Part shown: positions 18,388 through 28,285 of the stretch, in pieces
Layout: the number at the start of each line of letters is the position of its first letter
Numbering within the stretch: position 1 is the first letter of the stretch
Source: an uncultured Thermodesulfobacteriota bacterium
GTDB taxonomy: Bacteria > Desulfobacterota > B13-G15
Assembly (NCBI GenBank): GCA_964543765.1
Contig: CAZIZI010000001.1
Span: 50,062-114,061 of the forward strand
Reading direction: 5' to 3'
Length of the DNA: 64,000 nucleotides
Notes under the pieces: model-generated
The model's input: only the letters and a program-made list of their open reading frames with translations
Database searches by the model: none
What the model was told of the DNA's origin: nothing
Program-made: the position numbers and the translations under genes

Positions 18388-20336
18388 GGGACCCGGAACT
18401 TCTGCTATCTAACCTTAATCCTCAACAAAAAGAGGCAGTTTTAGCACCGGAAAGGGCCCTTTTGGTATTCGCCGGAGCTGGAAGCGGAAAGACAAGGGTT
18501 TTGACCTATAGGATCGCCTATTTGATAAGCACAAGAAGGGCGAAACCCCATGAAATAATGGCCCTTACCTTCACCAATAAAGCGGCCAATGAGATGAAGG
18601 AGAGATTACAAGGCCTTTTGGGGGAGCTACTGGAAGGGCTCTGGGTTGGGACCTTTCACGGGATAGCGGCAAGGATTTTGAGGGTCTTTGGTTCGCATCT
18701 TAACTTGAGAAGCGATTTTGTCATTTATGATGAGGATGACCAGGTGAAGCTTCTTGAGAAGATCCTCAAAAGCATAGATATTGATCCGAAGGTTTTTTCT
18801 CCTTCTAAGATTCTGAAGGAGATAGAAAGAGCAAAAAACCGAGGAATTGGACCAGAAGCCTATGAGCCCAATCCCTTCGATTTATTCCAAAAAAGGACCG
18901 CTCAAGTTTATATGGCTTATCAGGAGGCCTTAAGGGAGGCCAATGCCCTTGATTATGGGGACCTTCTGCTTGGGTGGTATAAGTTGCTTCAAATTCCAGA
19001 GGTAAAGGCTTATTTTCATCGGCGTTTTAGGCACATCTTGGTGGATGAGTACCAGGATACCAATTACATTCAATACTTCATCTTAAAAGAACTATATGGT
19101 CCTCAAACGAGCATAATGGTCGTAGGCGATGACGATCAATCCATTTACGCTTGGAGAGGGGCGGAGCCGGGGAATATCTTACATTTTCAAAAGGATTTCC
19201 CGGGCGTGAGGGTAATAAAACTTGAACAGAATTACCGTTCGACCAAGACAATCCTGGAGGGAGCAAATGCCGTTATCTCTCGGAATCAAATAAGAACACC
19301 GAAACGCTTGTGGACCCAGAATCCCGAGGGTAAACCAATAGTCCTTTATGGAGCTCAGGACGAAAGGGAGGAGGCCCTTTGGGTCGCTCAAAAGATCGTG
19401 GACTCCAAAAGGCCTTTTTCCCATTTTGCCGTCTTTTATCGGATCACCGCCCAATCCAGGGCCCTTGAAGAGGCTATGATCAAATTGGGAATCCCTTACG
19501 TGATAGTAGGAGGGCTTGGGTTTTATGAGCGAAAGGAGATAAAGGATCTTTTGGCCTATTTGAGGCTGGTACTCAACCCTCAGGATGAGATAAGCCTCCG
19601 AAGGATAATAAACGTACCACCCCGAGGGATAGGGCCTAAAACGCTCGGGAAAATCGAATTAATAGCGCAAAGGGAAGGCCTTCCGCTTTGGGACGCCCTC
19701 AAAAGGGCAGTTTCGGAAAAAGGGGAACTTAATGCCCATCAGGCCTTAAAGGGGTTTGTGTCCTTAATAGAGGATCTGAGAAGCAAAAAAGAAGTCCTTT
19801 CTCCCGAAGGACTTCTTCAAGAGCTCACCAATAGGATCCGTTATTTTGAATACCTTCAAAGTCTTGAGGGTTCTATTCAAAGGATAGAAAACGTCCAGGA
19901 GTTTTTTGAGGCCTTAAGCGAACAAGAGGGAAGTCTTGAGGAGATCATTCAGCATGTGAGCCTTTTAAGCGACGTTGACCAGTTGAAGGACCGTTCAAGC
20001 GTGGTCCTTATGACCCTTCATAGCGCTAAGGGGCTTGAGTTTCCGGTGGTATTTATCGTTGGGCTTGAGGAGGGGCTTCTTCCTTATTACTTGAGGGTTC
20101 AAAACCCCATGGAGCTTGAGGAGGAGAGAAGACTTTTTTACGTCGGTATGACGCGGGCTCAGGAAGAGCTCTATTTGAGTTACGCCGTAAGAAGAGGGCT
20201 TTTTGGAAAAAACCTGGATAGGGTTCCTTCTCGGTTTTTGGAGGAGTTGCCTTCCGAGATTTTAAAAAGAGAAGGCCGATACCATTTTTACCGGCCAAAG
20301 GAATGGGCGTGGAAGAGCGTCTTTTGGCCATTTTGA
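18384..20336 (+). CDS. pcrA: UvrD/PcrA family DNA helicase
   Basis: AGAGSGKT, VDEYQDTN, VGDDDQSIYAWRGA, LEQNYRST, EERRLFYVGMTRA. Confidence 0.95.
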   Translation: MRDPELLLSNLNPQQKEAVLAPERALLVFAGAGSGKTRVLTYRIAYLISTRRAKPHEIMALTFTNKAANEMKERLQGLLGELLEGLWVGTFHGIAARILRVFGSHLNLRSDFVIYDEDDQVKLLEKILKSIDIDPKVFSPSKILKEIERAKNRGIGPEAYEPNPFDLFQKRTAQVYMAYQEALREANALDYGDLLLGWYKLLQIPEVKAYFHRRFRHILVDEYQDTNYIQYFILKELYGPQTSIMVVGDDDQSIYAWRGAEPGNILHFQKDFPGVRVIKLEQNYRSTKTILEGANAVISRNQIRTPKRLWTQNPEGKPIVLYGAQDEREEALWVAQKIVDSKRPFSHFAVFYRITAQSRALEEAMIKLGIPYVIVGGLGFYERKEIKDLLAYLRLVLNPQDEISLRRIINVPPRGIGPKTLGKIELIAQREGLPLWDALKRAVSEKGELNAHQALKGFVSLIEDLRSKKEVLSPEGLLQELTNRIRYFEYLQSLEGSIQRIENVQEFFEALSEQEGSLEEIIQHVSLLSDVDQLKDRSSVVLMTLHSAKGLEFPVVFIVGLEEGLLPYYLRVQNPMELEEERRLFYVGMTRAQEELYLSYAVRRGLFGKNLDRVPSRFLEELPSEILKREGRYHFYRPKEWAWKSVFWPF

Positions 20337-21556
20337 TCTTCTTTTCCACCTATTTGGGGATAGCCATAGGAAGTATTCCGGGTCTCGCCATCGATAGGAC
20401 AGGAATAGCCATACTTGGGGCTACCGCTATGATTACCTTTGGTCTGGTTAAAATTGAGGAAGCCTTAAGCTTCATACATGTTCCTACGCTTTTATTGCTT
20501 TATGGCCTAATGGTCCTTTCGGCCCAGTTGAAAGTAGGCGGGTTTTATACCCAAATGGCCCTCAAAATCGTTCAAGCCTTTAAAGGGCCCAAAAGGTTTT
20601 TGCTTTTGATGATGGTGGTATCGTCTTTATTGTCAGCCGTTTTGGCCAACGATATAGTTTGTTTGGCCTTCACTCCGGTCATTTGCCTTTCTATGCTTAA
20701 GCTGAAAGTTAACCCCATTCCCTTCCTTTTGGGACTTGTTATGGCCTCAAACATAGGTTCGGCCTCCACTATCATAGGGAATCCTCAAAACATGTTAATA
20801 GGACAAGTGGGGAAGCTCCCCTCTGGGGAGTTCATCCTGTGGTGTGGTCCGCCTTCGGTAATATCTCTATTTTTAAGCTATTTGTTTTTGATACTTTTTT
20901 ACCGAGGAAAATGGTACCTCAAGGATGATCAGACGGGCTTCGAATTGGAAGAAGAGCCTTTGCAATACGATCCCCATCATACCAAGAAAGGCCTAATCCT
21001 CACCGCTCTTTTGCTTTTCGGCTTCTTTACCCCAATCCCCAGGGAGGTTTTGGCCATTACGGTTGCCGGGGTTTTACTTTGTAGTCGTTACATTACCACC
21101 CGGGAGATCTTGTCTTTTGTGGATTGGCATCTTTTGGCTTTATTTGTGGGATTATTCGTCATAATAGGAGGAGTCTCGAAATTTAACATTCCCCAAAAAA
21201 TCCTTGGAGAGTTAAGGGCTTTTGGGTTTGATCTTCAAAATCCGAAAGTCCTTACCGTGATAACCCTTGTTTTGAGTAACATCCTGAGCAACGTTCCGGC
21301 GGTGACGTTAATCATTCATAATTTTGACCTTTCCTTAAAAGAACACCTTTACCTTCTGGCCTTAGTAAGTACTTATGCGGGTAACCTCATAACTATTGGC
21401 AGTATCGCAAACCTTATAACCATCGAACAGGCCTCTCGTTTCAATGTGAAGATCACCTTTAAAGGATATGCAAAATGCGGCATCCCTATCACCTTTTGCA
21501 CGGTATTGATAGGGTTTTTGTGGTGGTCGATTTTTGGAAGCTTCATAAGAGATTAA
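20303..21556 (+). CDS. SLC13/ArsB/NhaD-type anion permease (CitMHS-like)
   Basis: Polytopic hydrophobic protein with duplicated motifs SNIGSASTIIGNPQN and SNILSNVPAV/AGNLITIGSIAN. Confidence 0.82.
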   Translation: MGVEERLLAILIFFSTYLGIAIGSIPGLAIDRTGIAILGATAMITFGLVKIEEALSFIHVPTLLLLYGLMVLSAQLKVGGFYTQMALKIVQAFKGPKRFLLLMMVVSSLLSAVLANDIVCLAFTPVICLSMLKLKVNPIPFLLGLVMASNIGSASTIIGNPQNMLIGQVGKLPSGEFILWCGPPSVISLFLSYLFLILFYRGKWYLKDDQTGFELEEEPLQYDPHHTKKGLILTALLLFGFFTPIPREVLAITVAGVLLCSRYITTREILSFVDWHLLALFVGLFVIIGGVSKFNIPQKILGELRAFGFDLQNPKVLTVITLVLSNILSNVPAVTLIIHNFDLSLKEHLYLLALVSTYAGNLITIGSIANLITIEQASRFNVKITFKGYAKCGIPITFCTVLIGFLWWSIFGSFIRD

Positions 21557-22310
21557 GAGTCATACCATCGGTTGCCGCTATAACTGGAAGGCCAAGTTCT
21601 TGTGACAACTCTTGAGCAAGCTTGGAAGGGCCCATCTTTAAAATGGTCATTCCAAAGTGGGTGAGGATTGCCTTTTGGGGCTTTGTTTCACGTAAGATCT
21701 CCTTTACATCGGGTATGGTCAGATGTTTGATCCTTTCATCCCTTTCTTGAGCCCTTACCACGTTTATGACCAATATCTCAAGGTCCTTATAAGTTTCAAG
21801 AAGAGCCGGGAAGAAGAAAGTGTCACTGATAAGACCTATTCTTTCGTCAATTATAAGGCCATAGGTCTCCACATCATGAAGGTGCCTTAAGGGCGTTCGG
21901 AAAGTTAAACCGTCCAGTTTATAAGTTCCACCTTCCTTTAGAATATGAATATCCTTTAGGTAATTCCTGAGATACTTCAGCACCACCGGGTCGTCCTCCA
22001 AGGCGTCCTGGGGAGCGAAAAGAATCCCCCTTTTATGCCAACCGCCTTCGGTCATGGCTTCTATCATGACATTTACATCAGCTGAATGGTCAAGATGCCT
22101 GTGGGTAAGGATGATGCCGTCAAGTTTTGTTGGATCAAGACGAGGGTGCGAGGAAAGGACCCGGAGAAGGGCACCAGGCCCAGGATCTATCAATATCCTT
22201 TTTCCCTTAAGTTCAAGCCACAATCCTCCTGAGGCTCTTAATTGCTTAAATACCACAACTCTGGCCCCTCCTGTCCCCAAGAATTTCAAGAAGTCCTTAC
22301 CCCTTTCCAT
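21543..22310 (-). CDS. MBL-fold metallo-hydrolase (RNase Z/PhnP-like)
   Basis: FLGTGG, IDPGPG, THRHLDHSAD, THFG. Confidence 0.85.
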   Translation of the reverse strand: MERGKDFLKFLGTGGARVVVFKQLRASGGLWLELKGKRILIDPGPGALLRVLSSHPRLDPTKLDGIILTHRHLDHSADVNVMIEAMTEGGWHKRGILFAPQDALEDDPVVLKYLRNYLKDIHILKEGGTYKLDGLTFRTPLRHLHDVETYGLIIDERIGLISDTFFFPALLETYKDLEILVINVVRAQERDERIKHLTIPDVKEILRETKPQKAILTHFGMTILKMGPSKLAQELSQELGLPVIAATDGMTLNLL

Positions 22311-23155
22311 AAAAGACCTTCCCCCTCTTTGCCGAGTAGTTTTAGGGCATTTTTGAACAAAAGGGCCTCTTTTTCCTCTTCCGAAATGGGGACTTCTTCC
22401 AGGGCTTTAAAGTAGCGCTTTGGCCCGAGAAGCGGGTAATCGGTGCCAAAAAGCATTTTGGAAGGGACTATTTCTAAAGCCACCTTTAAGACCTTCGGGT
22501 CATAAAGGAAGGGAAGGGCTGCTGTATCGTAATAGACGTTCTGGGCCATATCCCTTATTTCGGGCATAAGCTCGTAAAATAAAAAACCACCTCCCAAATG
22601 GGCCAAAACCAGTTTCACCCCTTCTGAGGCCTTCACCAAAAGCTCTATGTCCTTCAAGGAAATCTCCCCTTTACCCGGATAGGAATGCCCCACAGGTTCG
22701 TTTACATGTACCAAGGCTATGAGATCCAAATTCCGGATAACGTGAAAAAGTTCCTTAAGAAGCCCCTTGTCAAGGGGACCTTTCCCGTAAGTTCCCGGAG
22801 CGAGTTCCCCTGCGCCCTTTGCTCCGAAGCGGCGTGCTCTCTCTAACTCCTTAAAGCCCCCGTCATCGAGCGTAAAGGTAACAAAGGGAAAAAGTCGGGG
22901 ATACTTCTCATAGGCCTCAAGAAGATAATCGTTCTCCCTTTTGCACCAATCGAGCTCCTTCCAAGGAAATCCGCATATTACCGCCCCTAAAAGGCCTTCT
23001 TCCTCTATCATATTCAAAACTTCCTCAATCCCCACCATCTTGGGTTTGGGATCACCATAAAGAAGGCCAAACAGAGGGTCCCTTCGGCAGAGCTCTTCCC
23101 GCTTTTCCCTGGCTTGGGGAGAAAACACATGCACATGAAAATCAAAGGCCTTCAC
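22286..23155 (-). CDS. Amidohydrolase family protein (Amidohydro_2-like)
   Basis: DFHVH, GAGEL, LVHVNEP, LAHLGGG, YYDTAA, FGTDYP. Confidence 0.85.
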   Translation of the reverse strand: MKAFDFHVHVFSPQAREKREELCRRDPLFGLLYGDPKPKMVGIEEVLNMIEEEGLLGAVICGFPWKELDWCKRENDYLLEAYEKYPRLFPFVTFTLDDGGFKELERARRFGAKGAGELAPGTYGKGPLDKGLLKELFHVIRNLDLIALVHVNEPVGHSYPGKGEISLKDIELLVKASEGVKLVLAHLGGGFLFYELMPEIRDMAQNVYYDTAALPFLYDPKVLKVALEIVPSKMLFGTDYPLLGPKRYFKALEEVPISEEEKEALLFKNALKLLGKEGEGLLWKGVRTS

Positions 23156-23230
23156 AGGAAAAGATTAACAAAAGCTTTAAGCCCAGTAAATGAAGTGCAT
23201 CTTTCAAAATATATTTTAATTATAAAGGAT

Positions 23231-24355
23231 ATGAAGCAGTTCAGGGTAGAAGATTTAAACGCTCTTCTTTTGCTATCTTTGGAAATTATTCCAGCTTTAG
23301 TTTTTATTCATAAAGGTGGCAATTTGCTTTATGTAAACCGTGCCTGCGATGAAGCATTGGGGTACAGCCGTGGAGAAATCCTTAATATGCCTTTTTGGGA
23401 GATAGTCCATCCCGAACATAGGGAGATGGTGAAAGAGCGGGCTTTGAAACGCTTAAAAGGTGAAATGGTGCCCGAACGGTATGAGATGAAGGTGCTATGC
23501 AAAGGTGGTGTTGAGAAGTGGTTTGATATGTGGGTTAAGCTTGTGGAACTTAAAGATGGGCCGGTTATTCTCGCTAGTGCTTTAGACATTACCAAATTGA
23601 AAGAAAAGGAAGAAGCATTGAAACAATTGAACTATGAGCTCGATGAGATAGTACAAGAGAGAACTTATAAGCTTTTAAGTGTTACAAAAAATATGGAGAC
23701 ACTTCTTTATGCCATATCTCACAATTTAAAATCCCCCTGAGGGCCATTGAGGGGTTTGCGGAATTGTTGGAATTAAGCTTGAAGGAAGTTTTGTCCGAGA
23801 GAGCTCTTCATTACCTTAATAATATACTTCGTGCCTCGCGGCGTATGAGAAAAATGTTGGAGGACCTTTCGAGGTATTCAAAGATAGGTTTAAAAGGCGT
23901 GGTTATGGAAGCGATATCTGTTGAGGATGTGTCAGAGAACGTGCTTTTGAACCTTAAAGAAAAGATAACCAGCAAAAATGGAGAAATTTCCATAAAAAAC
24001 CGATTCCTCACGTAAAAGCTGACAGGACTCTGTTGGAGCTAATTCTTTCGAATCTAATCGATAATGCATTGACTTATGTATCAAAGGATACTTCACCCAA
24101 GATCGAGATAAGTTCTCTTCAAGAAGGCCAATACGTGGTTATTTCGATAAAGGACAATGGAATTGGCATACCCCACAAGTTTCACGAAAAGATATTTGAC
24201 CTTTTTCAGCGACTTCATTCTGAAGAGGAATATCCGAGTACGGGGATGGGATTGGCTATCGCCAAGAGAGCCGTTGAGCTTTTGGGAGAGGAGATCCGAG
24301 TGGAGTCAGAAGTTGGAGTTGGGAGCACCTTTTTGTAAAGCTTAAAGGAGTTTGA
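23231..24355 (+). pseudogene. PAS-HisKA-HATPase sensor histidine kinase, 3 frameshifts
   Basis: PAS (YVN...IVHPEHREMV), H-box YAISHNLKSP / LRAIEGFAELL (shift in C5 23733-23737), ISIK / PIPHVKADRTLLELILSNLIDNA (shift in A6 23994-23999), DNGIGI, GMGLAI, GSTF / FVKLKGV* (shift in T5 24330-24334). Confidence 0.88.
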
Positions 24356-24359
24356 AATA

Positions 24360-24767
24360 ATGGTACTTTTAGTGGAAGATGATGCTATGGATGTGGAGCT
24401 TTTCGAAAAAGCTTGGGAGTATATTGGTTCGAAGGGGGAAATCTGTATTGCTAATTGGGGCGAAAAGGCAATAGAGATGGCGAAAATCCTGCCAAATTTG
24501 GTGATACTTGACCTAAACTTGCCCGGACTTGATGGGTTTGAGGTTCTTAAGGAGCTTAAAAATGACCCCTTTACAAAATGGATTTCGGTCGTTATCCTCA
24601 CTTCTTCGCCCAAAGAAGAGGATTGTAAGAGATGTTATGAACTAGGAGCAAATGCTTACGTGGTTAAGCCTTCTTCGTTTAAAGAACTTGTAGAACTCGC
24701 TAAGACGATAAGGGATTTCTGGCTTTTCTTTAACAAAATCCCCAAAGGGGTGCAGTTTGAGTATTAA
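24360..24767 (+). CDS. Stand-alone response regulator receiver (Rcp1-like)
   Basis: LLVEDD, ILDLNLPGLDG, LTSS, GANAYVVKP. Confidence 0.9.
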   Translation: MVLLVEDDAMDVELFEKAWEYIGSKGEICIANWGEKAIEMAKILPNLVILDLNLPGLDGFEVLKELKNDPFTKWISVVILTSSPKEEDCKRCYELGANAYVVKPSSFKELVELAKTIRDFWLFFNKIPKGVQFEY

Positions 24768-26139
24768 AGTACTTTATTTGGAAGATAATGTTTGGGATAT
24801 AGAGCTGGTTAGGGAAGCACTCTCAAGGGGTGGTCAATTTGAAGTTAAGGATGTTAGGTCCATTGAAGAACTTAAAGAAGCTTTAAAGAGTTCTCAATTT
24901 GATGTGGTTATAACAGACCTTCACGTTTTAGGGGTGGAGGGAACGGAGATAATTGAAGTAATAAGATCAATTGCTCCCTTTATTCCTATTATAATCCTAA
25001 CTGGGACAAGTTCAGAGGAGCTTGCCCTTCAATACATAAAAAGTGGCGCGTGGGATTATGTGATAAAAAGCTCAAAGCACATAAGGAAGCTTCCCCACAC
25101 GATTTCTTTGGTTCTCGATAGAAAGAAACTTTTAGAAGAATATGAAACAACCGAGAAGGCTTTAAGGGCATTTAAGGATAGCGTTTCTTCACTTATAGAC
25201 GCTCTTCCGGTTGGTGTTCTCGTTTATAAAGGAGAACACCACATTTTTGTGAACAAAGCCCTTGAAGAACTTACCGGCTTTGATCGAACGGAATTGTTGA
25301 GGATGCCTGGAGCGGGTATTGTTCATCCTGAAGATCAAAAAATGGTGAAGGAGAGGATAAAACTCAGAGAGAAGGGCTTCAAAGTACTGGAAAGTTACGA
25401 GTTTCGAATCCTTCGAAAAGATGGAGAAGTAAGATCGATAGAATTTTATACGCATAAGATCCATTGGGGTGAGGCCGAGGCCTATTTAGGGGTTTTCTTT
25501 GACATAACCCAAAGGAAAAAGGCGGAAAGGGAAAAGGACGAAGTGTTTTCTCGATTGAAATCATTGCTTAATGAGGTAGTTGAGGCCTTTTCTTTAGCTG
25601 TTGAATTTCGAGATCCCTATACGATGGGGCATAAGAAGAGAGCTACGGAGTTAAGTGTGGTCATAAGTAATGAACTCGGGCTTGATCCGGAGAAGATAGA
25701 AGGCGTGAGGGTAGCTGCATTGCTTCATGATCTTGGAAAGGCCGTAGGGGTACCACTGGAGATATTAAATAAGCCGTCGAAACTCAATGATCTCGAGTTT
25801 TCCTTCGTCAAAGCCCATCCCGAAATAGGGTGGAGGATTTTGAAAGAGGTTGATTTCCCTTGGCCTGTGGCCGAAGCCGTTCACCAACATCATGAGAGGC
25901 TTAACGGTTCGGGGTATCCTCGAGGTTTAAAAGGGGACCAAATCATAATAGAGGCTCGGATAATAGGAGTGGCCGATGTGGTAGAGGCTATGACCTACCA
26001 TAGGCCTTATAGGCCACCTTTGCCTTTAGAAGAGGCTCTTAAAGAAATAAAGGAGAATAAAGGTATACTTTATGATCCCCAAGTGGCGGATGCGTGTTTG
26101 AGAGTTTTTGAGAAGGGTTTCTCATTTGTGAAAATTTAG
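24757..26139 (+). CDS. REC-PAS-HD-GYP cyclic di-GMP phosphodiesterase
   Basis: Receiver (YLED, VITDL, DYVIK), PAS, LLHDLGK, HHERLNGSGYPRGL, ADVVEAMTYHRPYR. Confidence 0.9.
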   Translation: MSIKVLYLEDNVWDIELVREALSRGGQFEVKDVRSIEELKEALKSSQFDVVITDLHVLGVEGTEIIEVIRSIAPFIPIIILTGTSSEELALQYIKSGAWDYVIKSSKHIRKLPHTISLVLDRKKLLEEYETTEKALRAFKDSVSSLIDALPVGVLVYKGEHHIFVNKALEELTGFDRTELLRMPGAGIVHPEDQKMVKERIKLREKGFKVLESYEFRILRKDGEVRSIEFYTHKIHWGEAEAYLGVFFDITQRKKAEREKDEVFSRLKSLLNEVVEAFSLAVEFRDPYTMGHKKRATELSVVISNELGLDPEKIEGVRVAALLHDLGKAVGVPLEILNKPSKLNDLEFSFVKAHPEIGWRILKEVDFPWPVAEAVHQHHERLNGSGYPRGLKGDQIIIEARIIGVADVVEAMTYHRPYRPPLPLEEALKEIKENKGILYDPQVADACLRVFEKGFSFVKI

Positions 26140-27425
26140 CCCCAAACCACCTGGTCTTTTCCTCTCCTTTTTGCCTCATACATGAGATCGTCGGCCCTTT
26201 TTAAAATGGACTGAGGTGTGTCCCCATCCCTATATTCGGTTACCCCGAAACTGGCCGTTACCAAACGAGGAAAAAGTGTTTCACTCCCCTCAAGGTTTTT
26301 TCGCAACTGTTCACAAACTTTAGTCGCGTCTTTCAAGGAAGTATTGGGAAAAAGGATCGTAAACTCCTCTCCCCCAAAACGGGCTAAAAGGTCGATCTTC
26401 CTTAATCTCCTCCTTGTTACATCCACCACAAACTGAAGGAGTCTGTCTCCTGCCTGGTGGCCATAGGTATCGTTAAAGTCTTTGAAATTATCCAAATCGA
26501 ATAAGGCCAAAGAGAAAGTATTACCCCCTCTTCTTGCCCTCTCGATCTCCTCTTCAAGCCTTTGAAGGAAATACCTTCGATTATAAGCCCCCGTCAATGG
26601 ATCGGTTATGGAGAGTTGGTAAAGTTCTTCTTCCAACTTTTTGTAATAGGTGACATCCATTGCGTAATGGAGGTACAAATCCCTGTCAAGAGGAACCCAC
26701 CAGGTCTCCCAAAACGTACCCTCTAACTTTATGATGTCCCTTTTTGGTTTATCCTCCTTTAATGCCTCATCAGCACGGCAAAAATAACACTTTGTCCCCG
26801 GAAGAGGGCTTCCAGTTTTGAGGTAAAATTCCCTTTCTTTTTCGGAGATGAAATTGAGCTTATGAATTCCTTCCCAACAGTATTGTCCCACCTTTGAACC
26901 GAAAAGCCTTTCACCAGTCTGATTCTGTTGAATGATTTTACGTTCCCAAGTTATAAGAAAAGCCCCCGCGGGAATTCCTTCAAGCATCAAGGAAAGGTGC
27001 CTCTTTTCCCGCATTAATTCCTCTTCCAAACGCTTTTGAGGGGTGATGTTCATGAAATAACCCAATACGCCCTTTTGACCTCGGAAATTAATCGGAGCTA
27101 CATATCCTATACACCACAGGATATCTCCTCTTTTAGTTATTACCCGGAAAATATAGGGCTCAGAGCGTTCGCCCCTCAACATGGCCAAAGCAGCTTCCCT
27201 TACTCCTTCCCGGTCCTCAGGATAAACGGGATCAAGGGGGTGCATATTTAAGAGTTCCTTTTCGGTAAAACCCAAAGCGTTGATCATATTGAGGTTTACC
27301 ATCTTGAATCTTCCATCTTGGGAAATCCACATGGGAATAGGGGCGCTTAGGAAAATGGAACCCAAAAGCCCTCTACAATCATCGGAACAAAGGTTTGATA
27401 TAAACTTTTCGAAGAGTTTTCCCAT
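26136..27425 (-). CDS. PAS-PAS-like-GGDEF diguanylate cyclase
   Basis: PAS, DPLTGAYNRR, DLDNFKDFNDTYGH, RFGGEEF active site. Confidence 0.92.
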   Translation of the reverse strand: MGKLFEKFISNLCSDDCRGLLGSIFLSAPIPMWISQDGRFKMVNLNMINALGFTEKELLNMHPLDPVYPEDREGVREAALAMLRGERSEPYIFRVITKRGDILWCIGYVAPINFRGQKGVLGYFMNITPQKRLEEELMREKRHLSLMLEGIPAGAFLITWERKIIQQNQTGERLFGSKVGQYCWEGIHKLNFISEKEREFYLKTGSPLPGTKCYFCRADEALKEDKPKRDIIKLEGTFWETWWVPLDRDLYLHYAMDVTYYKKLEEELYQLSITDPLTGAYNRRYFLQRLEEEIERARRGGNTFSLALFDLDNFKDFNDTYGHQAGDRLLQFVVDVTRRRLRKIDLLARFGGEEFTILFPNTSLKDATKVCEQLRKNLEGSETLFPRLVTASFGVTEYRDGDTPQSILKRADDLMYEAKRRGKDQVVWG

Positions 27426-27434
27426 TTTTAACTA

Positions 27435-28208
27435 CTCATAATCCATGCCAAAGGATCATCTCTTCATCTGTCGCTACAACACCTGTTACCCCTTTTGCAT
27501 CTTGCATGGCCAAAAATATGGCACACTTCACCATACTATCCGGTGATACCCATCCCTTTCTTTCCTCCTCTTTGGTCCAAAACCGCATTCCTTCGGTATC
27601 AACGGGTTTTTTGGTTTAAGCCCATTGACCGCTATATTACTATATTATATTTTCCCAATTCAGAAGCAAGCCCCCAGGTCAATCTATCAAGACCTGCTTT
27701 GGCTACTGCGTAAGCCACACCAGTAATATACGGTTCCTAGGTCTTTTTCATCGGCTGCAAGTGAGGAGATATTTATGATGCTTCCCCTTCCCCTTTTTAT
27801 CATATGTGGAGCAACAGCTTTACTACATAGAAAAGCACCCGTAAGGTTTACCTTTAAGGCAAGTTCCCATTGTTTTAGAGTTGTCTCAAGTATGGGGACC
27901 GGGAAAGCAACTCCAGCATTATTAACAAGTATGTCTATCGCACCAAAGGTTTCGACCGTGACTTCCACCATCTTTTGGACACTCTGTTCATCGGTTACAT
28001 CGCACTTTACTGCTATGGCCTTACCCCCGAGGGATTCTATTTCTTTTACCGTATCATAAATGGTGCCTTTGGGCTTTCCCTCTTTAGGGGCGTCAGTCCT
28101 TGCCGCTACTACGACTTTAGCCCCTTCTCTAGCAAAACCTATGGCTATGGCTCTTCCAATACCCCTACTCGAACCGGTAACAATAGCCACTTTTCCTTCG
28201 AGTTTCAT
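27435..28208 (-). pseudogene. Short-chain dehydrogenase/reductase, frameshifted
   Basis: TGSSRGIG, NNAG, NISS; after a +1 shift near 27725 it continues TGVAYAVAKAGLDRLTWGLASELGKYNI (YxxxK); then an 8-bp duplication and a -1 shift near 27605; tail DTEGMRFW...AIFLAMQDAKGVTGVVATDEEMILWHGL* ends at 27435. Confidence 0.85.
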
Positions 28209-28285
28209 TTTCTCCTCCTCTTGAGAAAAACTTTCTTAAAATATGAAAATTATAGCAAAATCTCCTAAGTGACAAGGACAACCCG

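Noticed and set aside
23114-24338. Three separate small genes, or programmed frameshifting, for the kinase fragments
   Set aside because: The fragments join into one kinase with three independent single-base slips; needing three recoding events is implausible.
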